64,000 nt of DNA from Octopus sinensis (lineage: Eukaryota): the NCBI RefSeq assembly GCF_006345805.1, contig NC_043019.1:496001-560000 (forward strand). The letters run 5' to 3'. Below are positions 53,358-64,000 of the stretch, piece by piece (the first letter of the stretch is position 1; each line of letters opens with the position of its first letter). Under the pieces are notes generated by a model. It ran no database searches, was not told where the DNA came from, and saw only the letters and a list, made by a program, of their open reading frames with translations. The position numbers and the translations under genes are program-made.

Positions 53358-53945
53358 TTATATATAAAGTAAAAGTATCTCTTCATCAGCCGCTGTCGTG
53401 GTCTGTTCATTGCAGTATAGCTAGTCGAGGCGTCTTCACTTAGATAACCCAGCTTACACTACTACTACGTGATACTGTTTCAAATGGCTTCGACCGACCA
53501 GAGGAGCATCATATGGATAACAGATGGTATCTATGAATGAAAACAAATTACTGGCAGCAGAATAAAACACGATAGTTTTATAAGTCAGCTATTTAGCAAG
53601 AGACATATGTACAAAGACGGGCACTGCACTTCACGAAGAGATGGCTTCTTCTCTGATGATTCGAAAACCATCATATAACGAGGAATAGCACAATAACAGT
53701 CACAAGTTGCTGGTAATTAGGGAAACCTAAGAATGCACCCATTTTGCAAAATGGTAACATGGAACATAAAGACAATGACGAACGATAGCAATCTAAATGG
53801 GAATGGCGGTATGTTTCAACATTATGATATATAATAACACTAAAATAATAAAATGGTTTTAAATGAGTAATATTGTCACATTATTCATACATATAAAGGG
53901 AAGTTGTTTGTCCTGATAGTAATATTGAGTAATATTGTCACATTT

Positions 53946-54274
53946 CGTGAAGGCGCATGGCTCAGTGGTTAGAGCGTCGAGCTTACGATCGTGAGGTTGT
54001 GAGCTCGAATCCCGGACAGGGCTGCGTGTTGTGTTCTTGAGCAAGACACTTGTTTTCACGTAGTTCCAATTCCCTCAGCTGTAGAAATGAGTTGCGACGT
54101 CACCAGGTGCCAAGCTGTATCGGCCCCTTTGCCTTTCCCTTGGATAACACTGGTGGCCGGTATGCATGGGCGACTGCTGGTCTTCCATAAACAACCTAGC
54201 CCAAACTTGTGCCTGGGATGGTAACTTTCTAGGTGCAATTCTATAGTCTGTGTCGTGACCGAAGGAGGTCTCAG
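53946..54274 (+). mobile_element. tRNA-derived SINE, head C + tail 4
   Basis: 12-bp TSD attgtcacattt; A and B boxes; gtgttcttgagcaagacact core. Confidence 0.88.
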
Positions 54275-54307
54275 ATTGTCACATTTAATACAAACACTGT
54301 TGGTTTT

Positions 54308-54675
54308 GGGTAGAGAGGATATTTTGAAAATAGATGTTATTAGATAGTTGTTAGGAAAATATATGTCAAAGATGTAATCAAAATGCAAACAGTGAACAGC
54401 CAAGGACTACTGGTGTCGAGGATAAACTCACAATATGTCAATGAATGGAGAGTAGCGTGATATAGATTAACGATCAATATACGCAATGAAAAACTTGAAG
54501 CTATATAAGAACGATTACACGATATCCTGGATGGTAGTTTTAGATTGAACGTAAAAATAGTACAAGACAATTCCATTGCCAAAGTATGATGGAATGGTGA
54601 TTGCGTGGAGCATACGAAGAGGTATGCTCTCAATGACATGAAAGAAAACGGAATGCGTCTCGTCAGCTTTTATAG
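54308..54675 (+). pseudogene. Decayed APE endonuclease fragment of an RTE-like LINE
   Basis: VNSQGLLVSRINS..ERLHDILD..KIVQDNSIAKV*..YALNDMKENGMRLVSF resembles the GDFNAKVG..NENG.RL motif spacing; stop codons present. Confidence 0.55.
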
Positions 54676-54738
54676 TAAGGATGTAGTAGTTGTTATTGCT
54701 GCAGTACTAGAAGTAGCATATTTGTATATGTGGAGAGT

Positions 54739-55175
54739 AGGCGCAGGAGTGGCTGTGTGGTAAGTAGCTTGCTAACCAACCACATGGTTCTGGGTTCAGT
54801 CCCACTGCGTGGCATCTTGGGCAAGTGTCTTCTGCTATAGCCCCGGGCCGACCAATGCCTTGTGAGTGGATTTGGTAGACGGAAACTGAAAGAAGCCTGT
54901 CGTATATATGTATATATATATATATAAGTGTGTGTGTATATATATGCGTGTGTGTGTTGGTGTGTCTGTGTTTGTCCCCCTAGCATTGCTTGACAACCGA
55001 TGCTGGTGTGTTTACGTCCCCGTCACTTAGCGGTTCGGCAAAAAGAGTCCGATAGAATAAGTACTGGGCTTACAAAGAATAAGTCCCGGGGTCGATTTGC
55101 TCGACTAAAAGGCGGTGCTCCAGCATGGCCGCAGTCAAATGACTGAAACAAGTAAAAGAGTAAAAGAGTAAGAGA
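54739..55175 (+). mobile_element. SINE family A, full length
   Basis: Complete structure. Confidence 0.93.
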
Positions 55176-55843
55176 GTACAAAGAATGTGCTAAAATACTC
55201 CAGAAATATTCCACAATAAGATACGGAAATCGCATGTGATATATAATATACGAATGAAATGAATAGATAAACTATAGCACATAAAAGTCATATAAAATGA
55301 GAAGCAAAATTTATCACACGATAACCAAATGATATCGTAGAAACTGCTAAAATTAAAAATTCAATAAACCAGAAGCAAAGATATAGAAATGACTAATGTA
55401 ATATACAAATTCATTTATAAAAAGCGAAGGTTGTTGATATAAATCGCCGTCTTTTGCTTCTGTTGTATTTGACTTTATACAACAGATATTGTTATAGTCG
55501 GAAGTCGTCGATAGAATGTTTCTCTCTGCTACTCTACGACCCCCAGTCGTACGGTTTTATTATCCACAAAAGATTGGATCGTTATAACGTCTACTCAGTG
55601 TCAGTATCACAGTATAATTGTATATCAGCACAGACACGACTCTCAAAACAGTCTAACATGTATTCTACGTACTCCCTCGATACTGGCCGAAGTCACCTTA
55701 CTTATAGTGACTAACACATTCCACTCGTCAAGTGGGAAGGTGTATCATTATTACTGATTCGCCGCAACAACTGGAAACACCATGACTCCAACTATTTGAC
55801 TAGTCATAGAAATCATAGAAATACAACACTCATAGCCTCAATA

Positions 55844-56151
55844 GTGTGGAGGCATATGGCCTAGTGGTTAGAGCAGTGGACTCGCGGTCCAGGGATCGCA
55901 GGTTCGAATCTCAGACCGGGAGATGTGTGTGTTTATGAGCGAAATACTTAAGCTCCACGCGGCTCCGGCAGAAGGTAATGGCGAACTTCTGCTGACACTT
56001 TAGCCACAACTTTCTCTCACTCTTTCCTCCTGCATCTTGCAGCTCACCTGCAACGGACCGGCGTTCTGTCCAAGTGGGGAACCTATACGCCAAGAAACCG
56101 GGAAACCGGCCCTTATGAGCCACGCATGGCTCGAGAAGGAACAAGCAACAA
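55844..56151 (+). mobile_element. tRNA-derived SINE, head B + tail 3, full length
   Basis: 13-bp TSD catagcctcaata; intact A and B boxes. Confidence 0.92.
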
Positions 56152-56414
56152 CATAGCCTCAATACTTACCTACAGTGTGGCGAAATTGCAACTCACACGC
56201 CACTCAGTATAATGCAACTGGAAAGCATGTGTGGCAGACATATAATACGAGTAAAATAGCATATTAATTATAATTACTAAGCACAGCGCAAACAAATAAT
56301 CAGGAATCATATTCGCTTTATAAATAATCATGTAGATGATTATATTTAAATTAAACGATCTATTTCAAACAGTGTTGATGAAGTTTAAACAAATTCTGGT
56401 GAGGAAACATGCAG

Positions 56415-56810
56415 AGGCGCAGGAGTGGCTGTGTGGTAAGTAGCTTGCTTACCAACCACATGGTTCCGGGTTCAGTCCCACTGCGTGGCACCTTGGGCAA
56501 GTGTCTTCTACTATAGCCTCGGGCCGAACAAAGCCTTGTGAGTGGATTTGGTAGACGGAAACTGAAAGAAGCCCGTCGTATATATGTATATATATATATG
56601 TGTGTGTATGTTTGTGTGTCTGTGTTTGTCCCCCCTAACATCGCTGGTGTGTTTACGTTCCCGTAACTTATCGGTTCGGTAAAAGCGACTGATAGAATAA
56701 GTACTAGGCTTATAAAGAATAAGTCCTGGGGTCGATTTGCTCGACTAAAGGCGGTGCTCCAGCATGGTCGCAGTCAAATGACTGAAACAAGTAAAAGAGA
56801 GTAAAGAGAG
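56415..56810 (+). mobile_element. SINE family A, full length
   Basis: Complete structure. Confidence 0.92.
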
Positions 56811-57741
56811 AGAGGTCTCATATATCTATCATAAACGATGTAGATGTATATATGTGCTAATAACATCTGTATCCTACAGATGAGTTATCTCACCTGGTTG
56901 GAGATATTCGTTTTTTTTTGTAAGAGAATGTTCCTCTGTCGTTATCCTACAGCTATGAAGCGTATAAGCAAAACATACATTCGATGTTTAGACACATAAG
57001 ATTATTTCTAAAGAAATATCTACTTTTGGAAGTTTGCTGTTAGCCATTAACCATAATACATTTGAATACGAGTGAAAAAAAAAAGTCTAAATCATTCTGA
57101 AATGAACAGTTTAAGACACAAAATAGAAAATGAATGCGCAGTATGTATGAATTTACCGTAACAAGTAAGAATATTTACTCAGTAAAAAAAAGCACAAAAC
57201 AGACACATACTAGCTTCAAGCGCATTTACATTGCCATCTTGTACAGAAAAGAAAAAAAAAAACAAAAAGTAAAACAAACAAAAAAACAGAGTGAAAAAAA
57301 TTGTTATTTTAGTCGTTTATATATAGAAATATAATGGACGTCTATACAACGAAACAAAACACGAGAAGTAATATACAAGATCGACATTTGCCCTCTTTGA
57401 CGTTTCTGTTTAACGTTTTGTAATGATATATGTCTGTCTGATTATGCTTTTACTTGCACAAAGTAGTTTCATATTCAGAATGTACATTTTTTCATTTACT
57501 GTAAATATGCATCTAAATTATCTGGCCGTCAAAAGATTACGTAGAATATTGCGTTGTTTCTTTCTTATTTTTGTCAATGTTGGTTAAGATATTAGGCTGC
57601 CGCTACTTACATTAGGCATCAACAGATTTAAAAACCATCAAAAAAAAAAAAAACCTATAACACGCAAACGAGAGATACTACATCACCATTTACTCGATCC
57701 GCTAGAAATAATAGCCGAATGACTGCTAAAATACATACCTA

Positions 57742-58541
57742 GGAACTTTTCGGTTTGAACGGCAGTTTTTTCCAGCGGTGTCATATGAAATTGTCACTCA
57801 TAATTATGAACCTAGTATCGATCTATTGCATTTCAATCTCTTTTAGGGTTTGGGTTAGGGTTAGGGTTAGGGTTAGGTGTGGGGGGAAGGTATCTTTTTT
57901 TCTTTAGAAATGTAAATAAACCCAATCTGTTTTTTAAACGAGGGACATATTCTTTCTAGCGGTGTCATATGAAATTGTCACCCATAATTATGACCCTAGT
58001 ATCGATCTATTGTATTTCAATCTATTTTAGGTTTAGGGTTAGTTAGGGTTAGAGGTGGGGGGAAGGGTATCTTTTTTCTTCACAAATGTAAACAAACCCA
58101 ATCTGTTTTTTAAACGAGGGACATATTCTTTCTAGCGGTGTCATATGAAATTGTCACCCATAATTATGACCCTAGTATCGATCTATTGCATTTCAATCTC
58201 TTTTAGGGTTAGGGTTAGAGTTAGGGTTAGGGTTATGGTTAGGTGTGGGGGGAAGGGTATTTTTTTTCTTCACAAATGTAAATAAACCCAATCTGTTTTT
58301 TAAACGAGGGACATATTCATATGGCACAAAATGGTGTTTATCTCAATAGACGTCAGTGATTGGTTGAAATTACTGGAATTGAAGAAAAAAACAACAACAT
58401 CTTACAAACTATAGAATTTTCTCAATAAAGCCAAGAGAAAAAGATGTTTTATAAACACATTCTACCAGTATACGAAGTTTAAGAAATTTTTTAGTTTCCT
58501 AGAAATTATGTTAAAAACTGCCGTTCAAACCGAACAGATCC
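57742..58541 (+). mobile_element. Merlin-like MITE with internal triplication
   Basis: Perfect 8-bp TSD cataccta (57734-57741, 58542-58549); GG..CC termini; ~180-bp internal unit present three times. Confidence 0.9.
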
Positions 58542-59174
58542 CATACCTACATCGCTTAAAACGAGAAACGAGATATTGAATAATGAAGTCGTAAATGCAG
58601 ATTCTGTGAAGAATAAGAAACAGATTGGAATCAACACGTGTTGAATGGATCTAATCACTACCATCACCACCAGCACCAGCACCATCACCACCACCACCAC
58701 CACCACCAGCAACAACAACACATTCACTACGACTATTACCGCCACAACAAGAACGACATCAACACGAACAGACAAATAACATGATTTGTTGAAAGATACT
58801 AGTCACACTAAGCAGAAACATACAAATGACTGATTCACTTTTAGGTGTTAATGAAAGAATTCAAAGAGTTCCGTGAATTCCTAAGGTTTTCTACAGAGAT
58901 ATCGTGCTTAGAGATAATCTAAATTAACAGAACGAGGTGCCCTTTCCCACATCGCTCACTTGTAAAAATATCTCTACATATACGTGTATGCTAATATGTG
59001 CCCTGTATCAGCGTTTTTATGCATTAATATATACATATATGTGAGTGTGTGAGTATTAATGTATATAGATACGTGTGTGTGTGGCTGTGTGTCTGTGTGA
59101 ATGCGGGCATGTGTGTGCGTGTTCGTGTGTAAATATGATTTCATATTAGATGTGTTTCTTTATCCATCTGTCTG

Positions 59175-59176
59175 TA

Positions 59177-59256
<80 letters not shown>

Positions 59257-59270
59257 CATCTATCCATCTA

Positions 59271-59337
<67 letters not shown>

Positions 59338-59340
59338 GTA
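59175..59340. repeat. (TATC)n microsatellite
   Basis: Directly visible. Confidence 0.95.
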
Positions 59341-59407
59341 TGCCTGTGCAGGCGTGCGTGAATATATATATATATATATAATTCACTATGTGTGTGTGTG
59401 TTCGTGT

Positions 59408-59599
59408 GTTCGAATCTCAGACCGGGCGATGTATGGTGTTTATGACTCTTTCGCCAGAACTTTCTCTCACTCTTTCCTCCTGCATCTTGCAGCTCACATG
59501 CGACGGACAGGTGTCCCGTCCACGTCGGGAACCTATATGCCAAGAAAACCGGGAAACCGGCCCTAATGAGCCAGGCATGGCTCGAGAAGGAACAAACAA
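59408..59599 (+). mobile_element. SINE head B + tail 3, 5'-truncated
   Basis: Homolog of 55844. Confidence 0.88.
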
Positions 59600-59605
59600 T
59601 TCCTC

Positions 59606-60070
59606 TGTGTGTGTGTGTGTGGTGTCTCCTCTATGCACGGCCAAACCGCTGGATCAATCTATACCAAATTTGGCATGAAGGTTTTTCATTACTCGGGAGA
59701 GGTTCTAGGAGGGGGTGGGGTTCAAATTTTGTCCCTTACCAACATAGGGGGCTGTAGCCCATCCCTACACGACATTTCCATTTTCTTCAGTGGGTTCTTG
59801 TGTTTTCGGTGACTGAGATTTCGAATATGTAACCCCACCCAAAAAACCCAAAAACAACGTGTTCTCAAAATTTTAAATTCCCTCTCCTTCCAAATTTTAA
59901 ACTTTTAACCCTTCTTCAAATTTTTTCAAGTTTTTGTTTTCAATCTCCGTGCAAAAATACGGAGATTAAGAATATAGAAAAAAATATTTTATTTCAAATT
60001 TTCTCTAAAGAATTCAAAAATTTATCCATACACCCCACGCCACCCCATCACGTTGTCTAAAACTGAAAAT
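59606..60070 (+). mobile_element. Possible Helitron-like fragment
   Basis: (TG)n followed by ccaaaccgctggatcaatctataccaaatttggcatg, resembling Helitron 5' internal sequence; no termini found. Confidence 0.35.
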
Positions 60071-60231
60071 GAGCTGCTATAAATAACAACAAAATGTTTT
60101 CAAAGTGAAAAAATGTTTTTTCTTAATGTCATACACGAATACATTCTTATGAACATAGATACGTACATATGTTAGATATGTACACACGTACCTTTATACC
60201 TACATACTTAGCTACTCACACATACATACGT

Positions 60232-60319
<88 letters not shown>

Positions 60320-60404
60320 ACAAAGGGTAAAATTAATTAATTAAGAAGTAATCAATAATTTCACCAAGTAGAATTCGGTATGAAAAAAAGGACCGTTTCA
60401 CGGC

Positions 60405-60611
60405 AAGGGTACAGCAAAGATTTGCTTCACCACACACCGAAGTTTAGAAATAGCAGCCAAAAATCTTACCTATTTCTTCTACTTTAAAAAGACCCTTTTT
60501 AAAGTAGAAGAAATAGCAAAAACCCTTTTTAAAGTAGAAGCAATAGCTAAGATTTTTAGCTGCTATTTCTAAACTTCGGTGTGCGGTGAAGCAAATCTTT
60601 GCTGAACCCTT
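60405..60611. repeat. Inverted repeat (~87-bp arms) with a duplicated 30-bp centre
   Basis: aagggtacagcaaagatttgcttcacc / ggtgaagcaaatctttgctgaaccctt. Confidence 0.88.
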
Positions 60612-60617
60612 TTATTA

Positions 60618-60655
<38 letters not shown>

Positions 60656-61117
60656 CCAGTACTCCTTTTGTCCTGTCCCTTTTTGTATCGTCGAACTGTC
60701 CTGATGTTCTGCTGTTGCTTGTTACATTCTTGTTTCATTTTGAATTTTCTTTCTTTCTTTCTCTCTCTCTCTCTATATATATATACATATATATATGTAT
60801 GTACATATGTATATATATATATTTATTTATATATAAATAAATATTGGGATGGCATTATTAAAATGCCATCACAAGAGGTAAGCGAATTATTAGCCGTAGA
60901 GGCAAATTACTAAAATATATACATACAATATAAGATATGTACATATATACAGAAGGGTACTACATGAGTACCTATATCGCCAATGATAGAAGTCAAAAAA
61001 TACTTCTGTACCACCGAAAAGTCACAAATCTATTACAGACAAGATAAGAAAAAATAACAGTGAACAACATATACATATATATATATATATATGTAGGATG
61101 TATGTATGTATATATGC

Positions 61118-61179
<62 letters not shown>

Positions 61180-61249
61180 ATATATATATATATATATAAT
61201 GTATATATATATACATATATATATGTATATACATATATATATATATGTG

Positions 61250-61284
<35 letters not shown>

Positions 61285-61772
61285 TATATATGTAACACAG
61301 GACACTCCACACGCATGCATTCACATAATGTATCCGTATTTTGCGTAATTGTTTGCGAACAGTCTAATGGTATACTTATTCTGGCATTTGACATCAATCT
61401 TTTGTTGTTACACCAATTTCAGACTGCTAAAATTGAAAGATAAGTTTTGATCATAGAGATGTAACGGTGATTTTTAGATGAATTATGGCCAAAACCAACT
61501 TTAGAAGCTCGTAGTACTCAAAATTATATCACGGCACTTTAAAACAGAACTGATTATCCTCAAGTTTCGATGCGTTAGAAATAGTGTAATTGTGCGTAAT
61601 GAAGTTTTCATGTCTTATTTCCTTCTCACTTCGTCCTCGTCCTCCTTACCCCATCCATCATATAATGTTCATGTGGATATAAAAATACCATACAAATGTT
61701 AGCTGCTGTAAAGATGACAGGCAAATACTATAAACCAATATGTATATGTATGTATGTATGTATGTATATATA

Positions 61773-61808
<36 letters not shown>

Positions 61809-62132
61809 TGTATGTATGTATGTATGTATATCTTTCGTCTTTCTCATTAACCAAATACATATACATACACACAGACATATACATACATACATTATATATA
61901 TATATATATGATTTAGGTGTATTTCTCCATTTTCTTATCTTGTATTAGTAATTTGTGGTAAATCATTTTACCTTTGCTCATATAATACAGTAAATGAATT
62001 GATTGCATCGCAATCATTAACATTTATGTAATAACTTGTTGGGTACTTCACTAGCAGTATATTGGATATACGTTATCCCATAGAGGGTTGCATTTACAAC
62101 CCCTACCTCAATTTGTATATATATATATATAT

Positions 62133-62335
62133 CGGGAGAGTTTACGAAAAAAACACAAAAGACGAAGACAGGTGGTGTACAAAACAAACAGATGTATTAG
62201 TATAACGCTCAGGAATAGAAAAAGTATTTTACGTTTCGAGCCTACGCTCTTCTACAGAAAGGGACACAGAATAAATAAGGTGGGAAACAAGGAGAGAAAA
62301 AATGTGTGTAGGGGCTAACGATCTATCATGGCGAA
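62133..62335 (+). mobile_element. Interspersed repeat between (TA)n tracts, possibly Penelope-like
   Basis: Homolog at 23128-23247; hammerhead-like hairpin plus GAAAC on the minus strand. Confidence 0.5.
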
Positions 62336-62350
62336 TATATATATATATAT

Positions 62351-62794
62351 AATGGTATTTTTATACAAGCATAAAGCTTATGCCGATCACCGTGTAATGA
62401 CTAAGGAAAGTAGTCTAATAAAGAGGCATATAAGCCCTCGATAGATAGAAAAAAAAAGGCTTTCCTATGCGCGCTGGACTCGAACCCACATCCCTTTGTT
62501 AATGCAGCAAAGTGTGTTAACTTTACACCAGCGAATTAGCCTCCCCATGTCCGTGAAATTTAAGAAATATATTAGCTCTTATTTGTTTTTATGAAAACAA
62601 GCTTTCTATATTCGCTGGTGTAAAGGTAACACACTTAGTTGCGTTAACAAAGGGATGAGTTTCGAGTCCCCTGCAAATAAGAAATCCTCCTTTTTTTCTG
62701 CCGAAGGCTTATATGCCTCTTTATTAGACTATTTTCCTTAGTCATTGCGCAGTGATCGCCATTTAAGGTTTAAGGTTATATAAAAATAACAATT
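62351..62794. mobile_element. Foldback element with tRNA-like sequence in each ~180-bp arm
   Basis: Arms 62351-62536 and 62610-62794; A-box-like tggtgtaaagg and B-box-like gtttcgagtcc. Confidence 0.75.
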
Positions 62795-62854
62795 ATTATT
62801 CTTTACAGGTTTGTAAAACACGGCACCCTATAAAAAACAAACATCTGCACCGAA

Positions 62855-63342
<488 letters not shown>

Positions 63343-63420
63343 GGAGTAAAACACATAAATGTGAAACAAGGTGGAAAAAAGAGTACTCAAATACCAGTGG
63401 TAGAGTAAGTAATAGTAATG

Positions 63421-63590
63421 CTTTATTTAAAAGCAGCAGAAATTCAACAAAACCTGCTCGAGTTTCACGTTCCCGTTCGTCGGACAGTTTTGTTAAAGTT
63501 TTTTAGAATTTTAGCAAACTGTGTCGACGAACGGGAACGTGAAACTCCGAGTAACAGGTTTTGTTGAATTTCTGCTGCTTTTAAATAAAG
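63421..63590. repeat. Inverted repeat (~72-bp arms), probable Penelope-like remnant
   Basis: ctttatttaaaagcagcagaaattcaacaaaacctg / caggttttgttgaatttctgctgcttttaaataaag. Confidence 0.88.
63519..63557 (+). ncRNA. Minimal hammerhead ribozyme-like motif (degenerate; second copy at 63454-63487 on minus)
   Basis: Two-arm consensus ctgt-CCGACGA-acg ggaa cgt-GAAA-ctcgag-TA-acag. Confidence 0.6.
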
Positions 63591-63599
63591 TATATATAT

Positions 63600-63646
<47 letters not shown>

Positions 63647-64000
63647 ATTATATATATATATATATATACATATATTTGATTAATGGAAGAGTGGAACATG
63701 GAAGATACGAGAATGGAATGTTTATTGATTGTTACAATTGTTTCGACCCATCTAGCATCGATCCCTCACGGATGGGATACTTAACAACTGGCTTAGTAGT
63801 ATCTGTCGGTGTAGATGTGTCTGCTCAGGTGATTAAAAGATGTATCTCCTTAAAATAACGTGTGTTCCGATAGATTCCTTTTTCGATATGTGTGTACAAA
63901 GATAATTAAGGGATACAGATTCAATATCGTACTATCTAATAATAATAATAATAATAATCATAATAATAATCATAATAATAATAATAATAATAATGGTAAT

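Noticed and set aside
53650-53680. CTGATGA-ttc-GAAA hammerhead-like string
   Set aside because: No stem II and no pairing flanks.
57840-58245. Telomere or interstitial telomere fusion site
   Set aside because: The TTAGGG runs are only a few units long and are an internal part of a dispersed MITE.

Overview
Strongly AT-rich, repeat-saturated, non-coding eukaryotic DNA. The SINE families, microsatellite density and decayed transposon set suggest an octopus/cephalopod genome; that is inference from recall, not a database result. I see no intact host gene, rRNA, intact tRNA gene or CRISPR array. Nearly all long ORFs in the track are translated microsatellites. The supported content is: many tRNA-derived SINEs with interchangeable heads and tails; a decayed near-complete mariner and a two-headed mariner derivative; a Merlin-like MITE (GG..CC ends, 8-bp TSD) carrying TTAGGG repeats; several Helitrons, one with a RepHel C-terminal remnant; R4/Dong-like LINE remnants abutting (TAA)n; an RTE 3' end with three C2H2 fingers; a short bipartite RTE-like element; a 2.2-kb tandem duplication; and at least six long inverted repeats. 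The most interesting signal is that several of these inverted repeats carry hammerhead ribozyme motifs of the type known from Penelope-like elements. One has a full canonical core in each arm of a near-perfect 245-bp palindrome (17971-18463). I cannot claim a wholly new system. Coordinates were counted by hand and may be off by a few bases.
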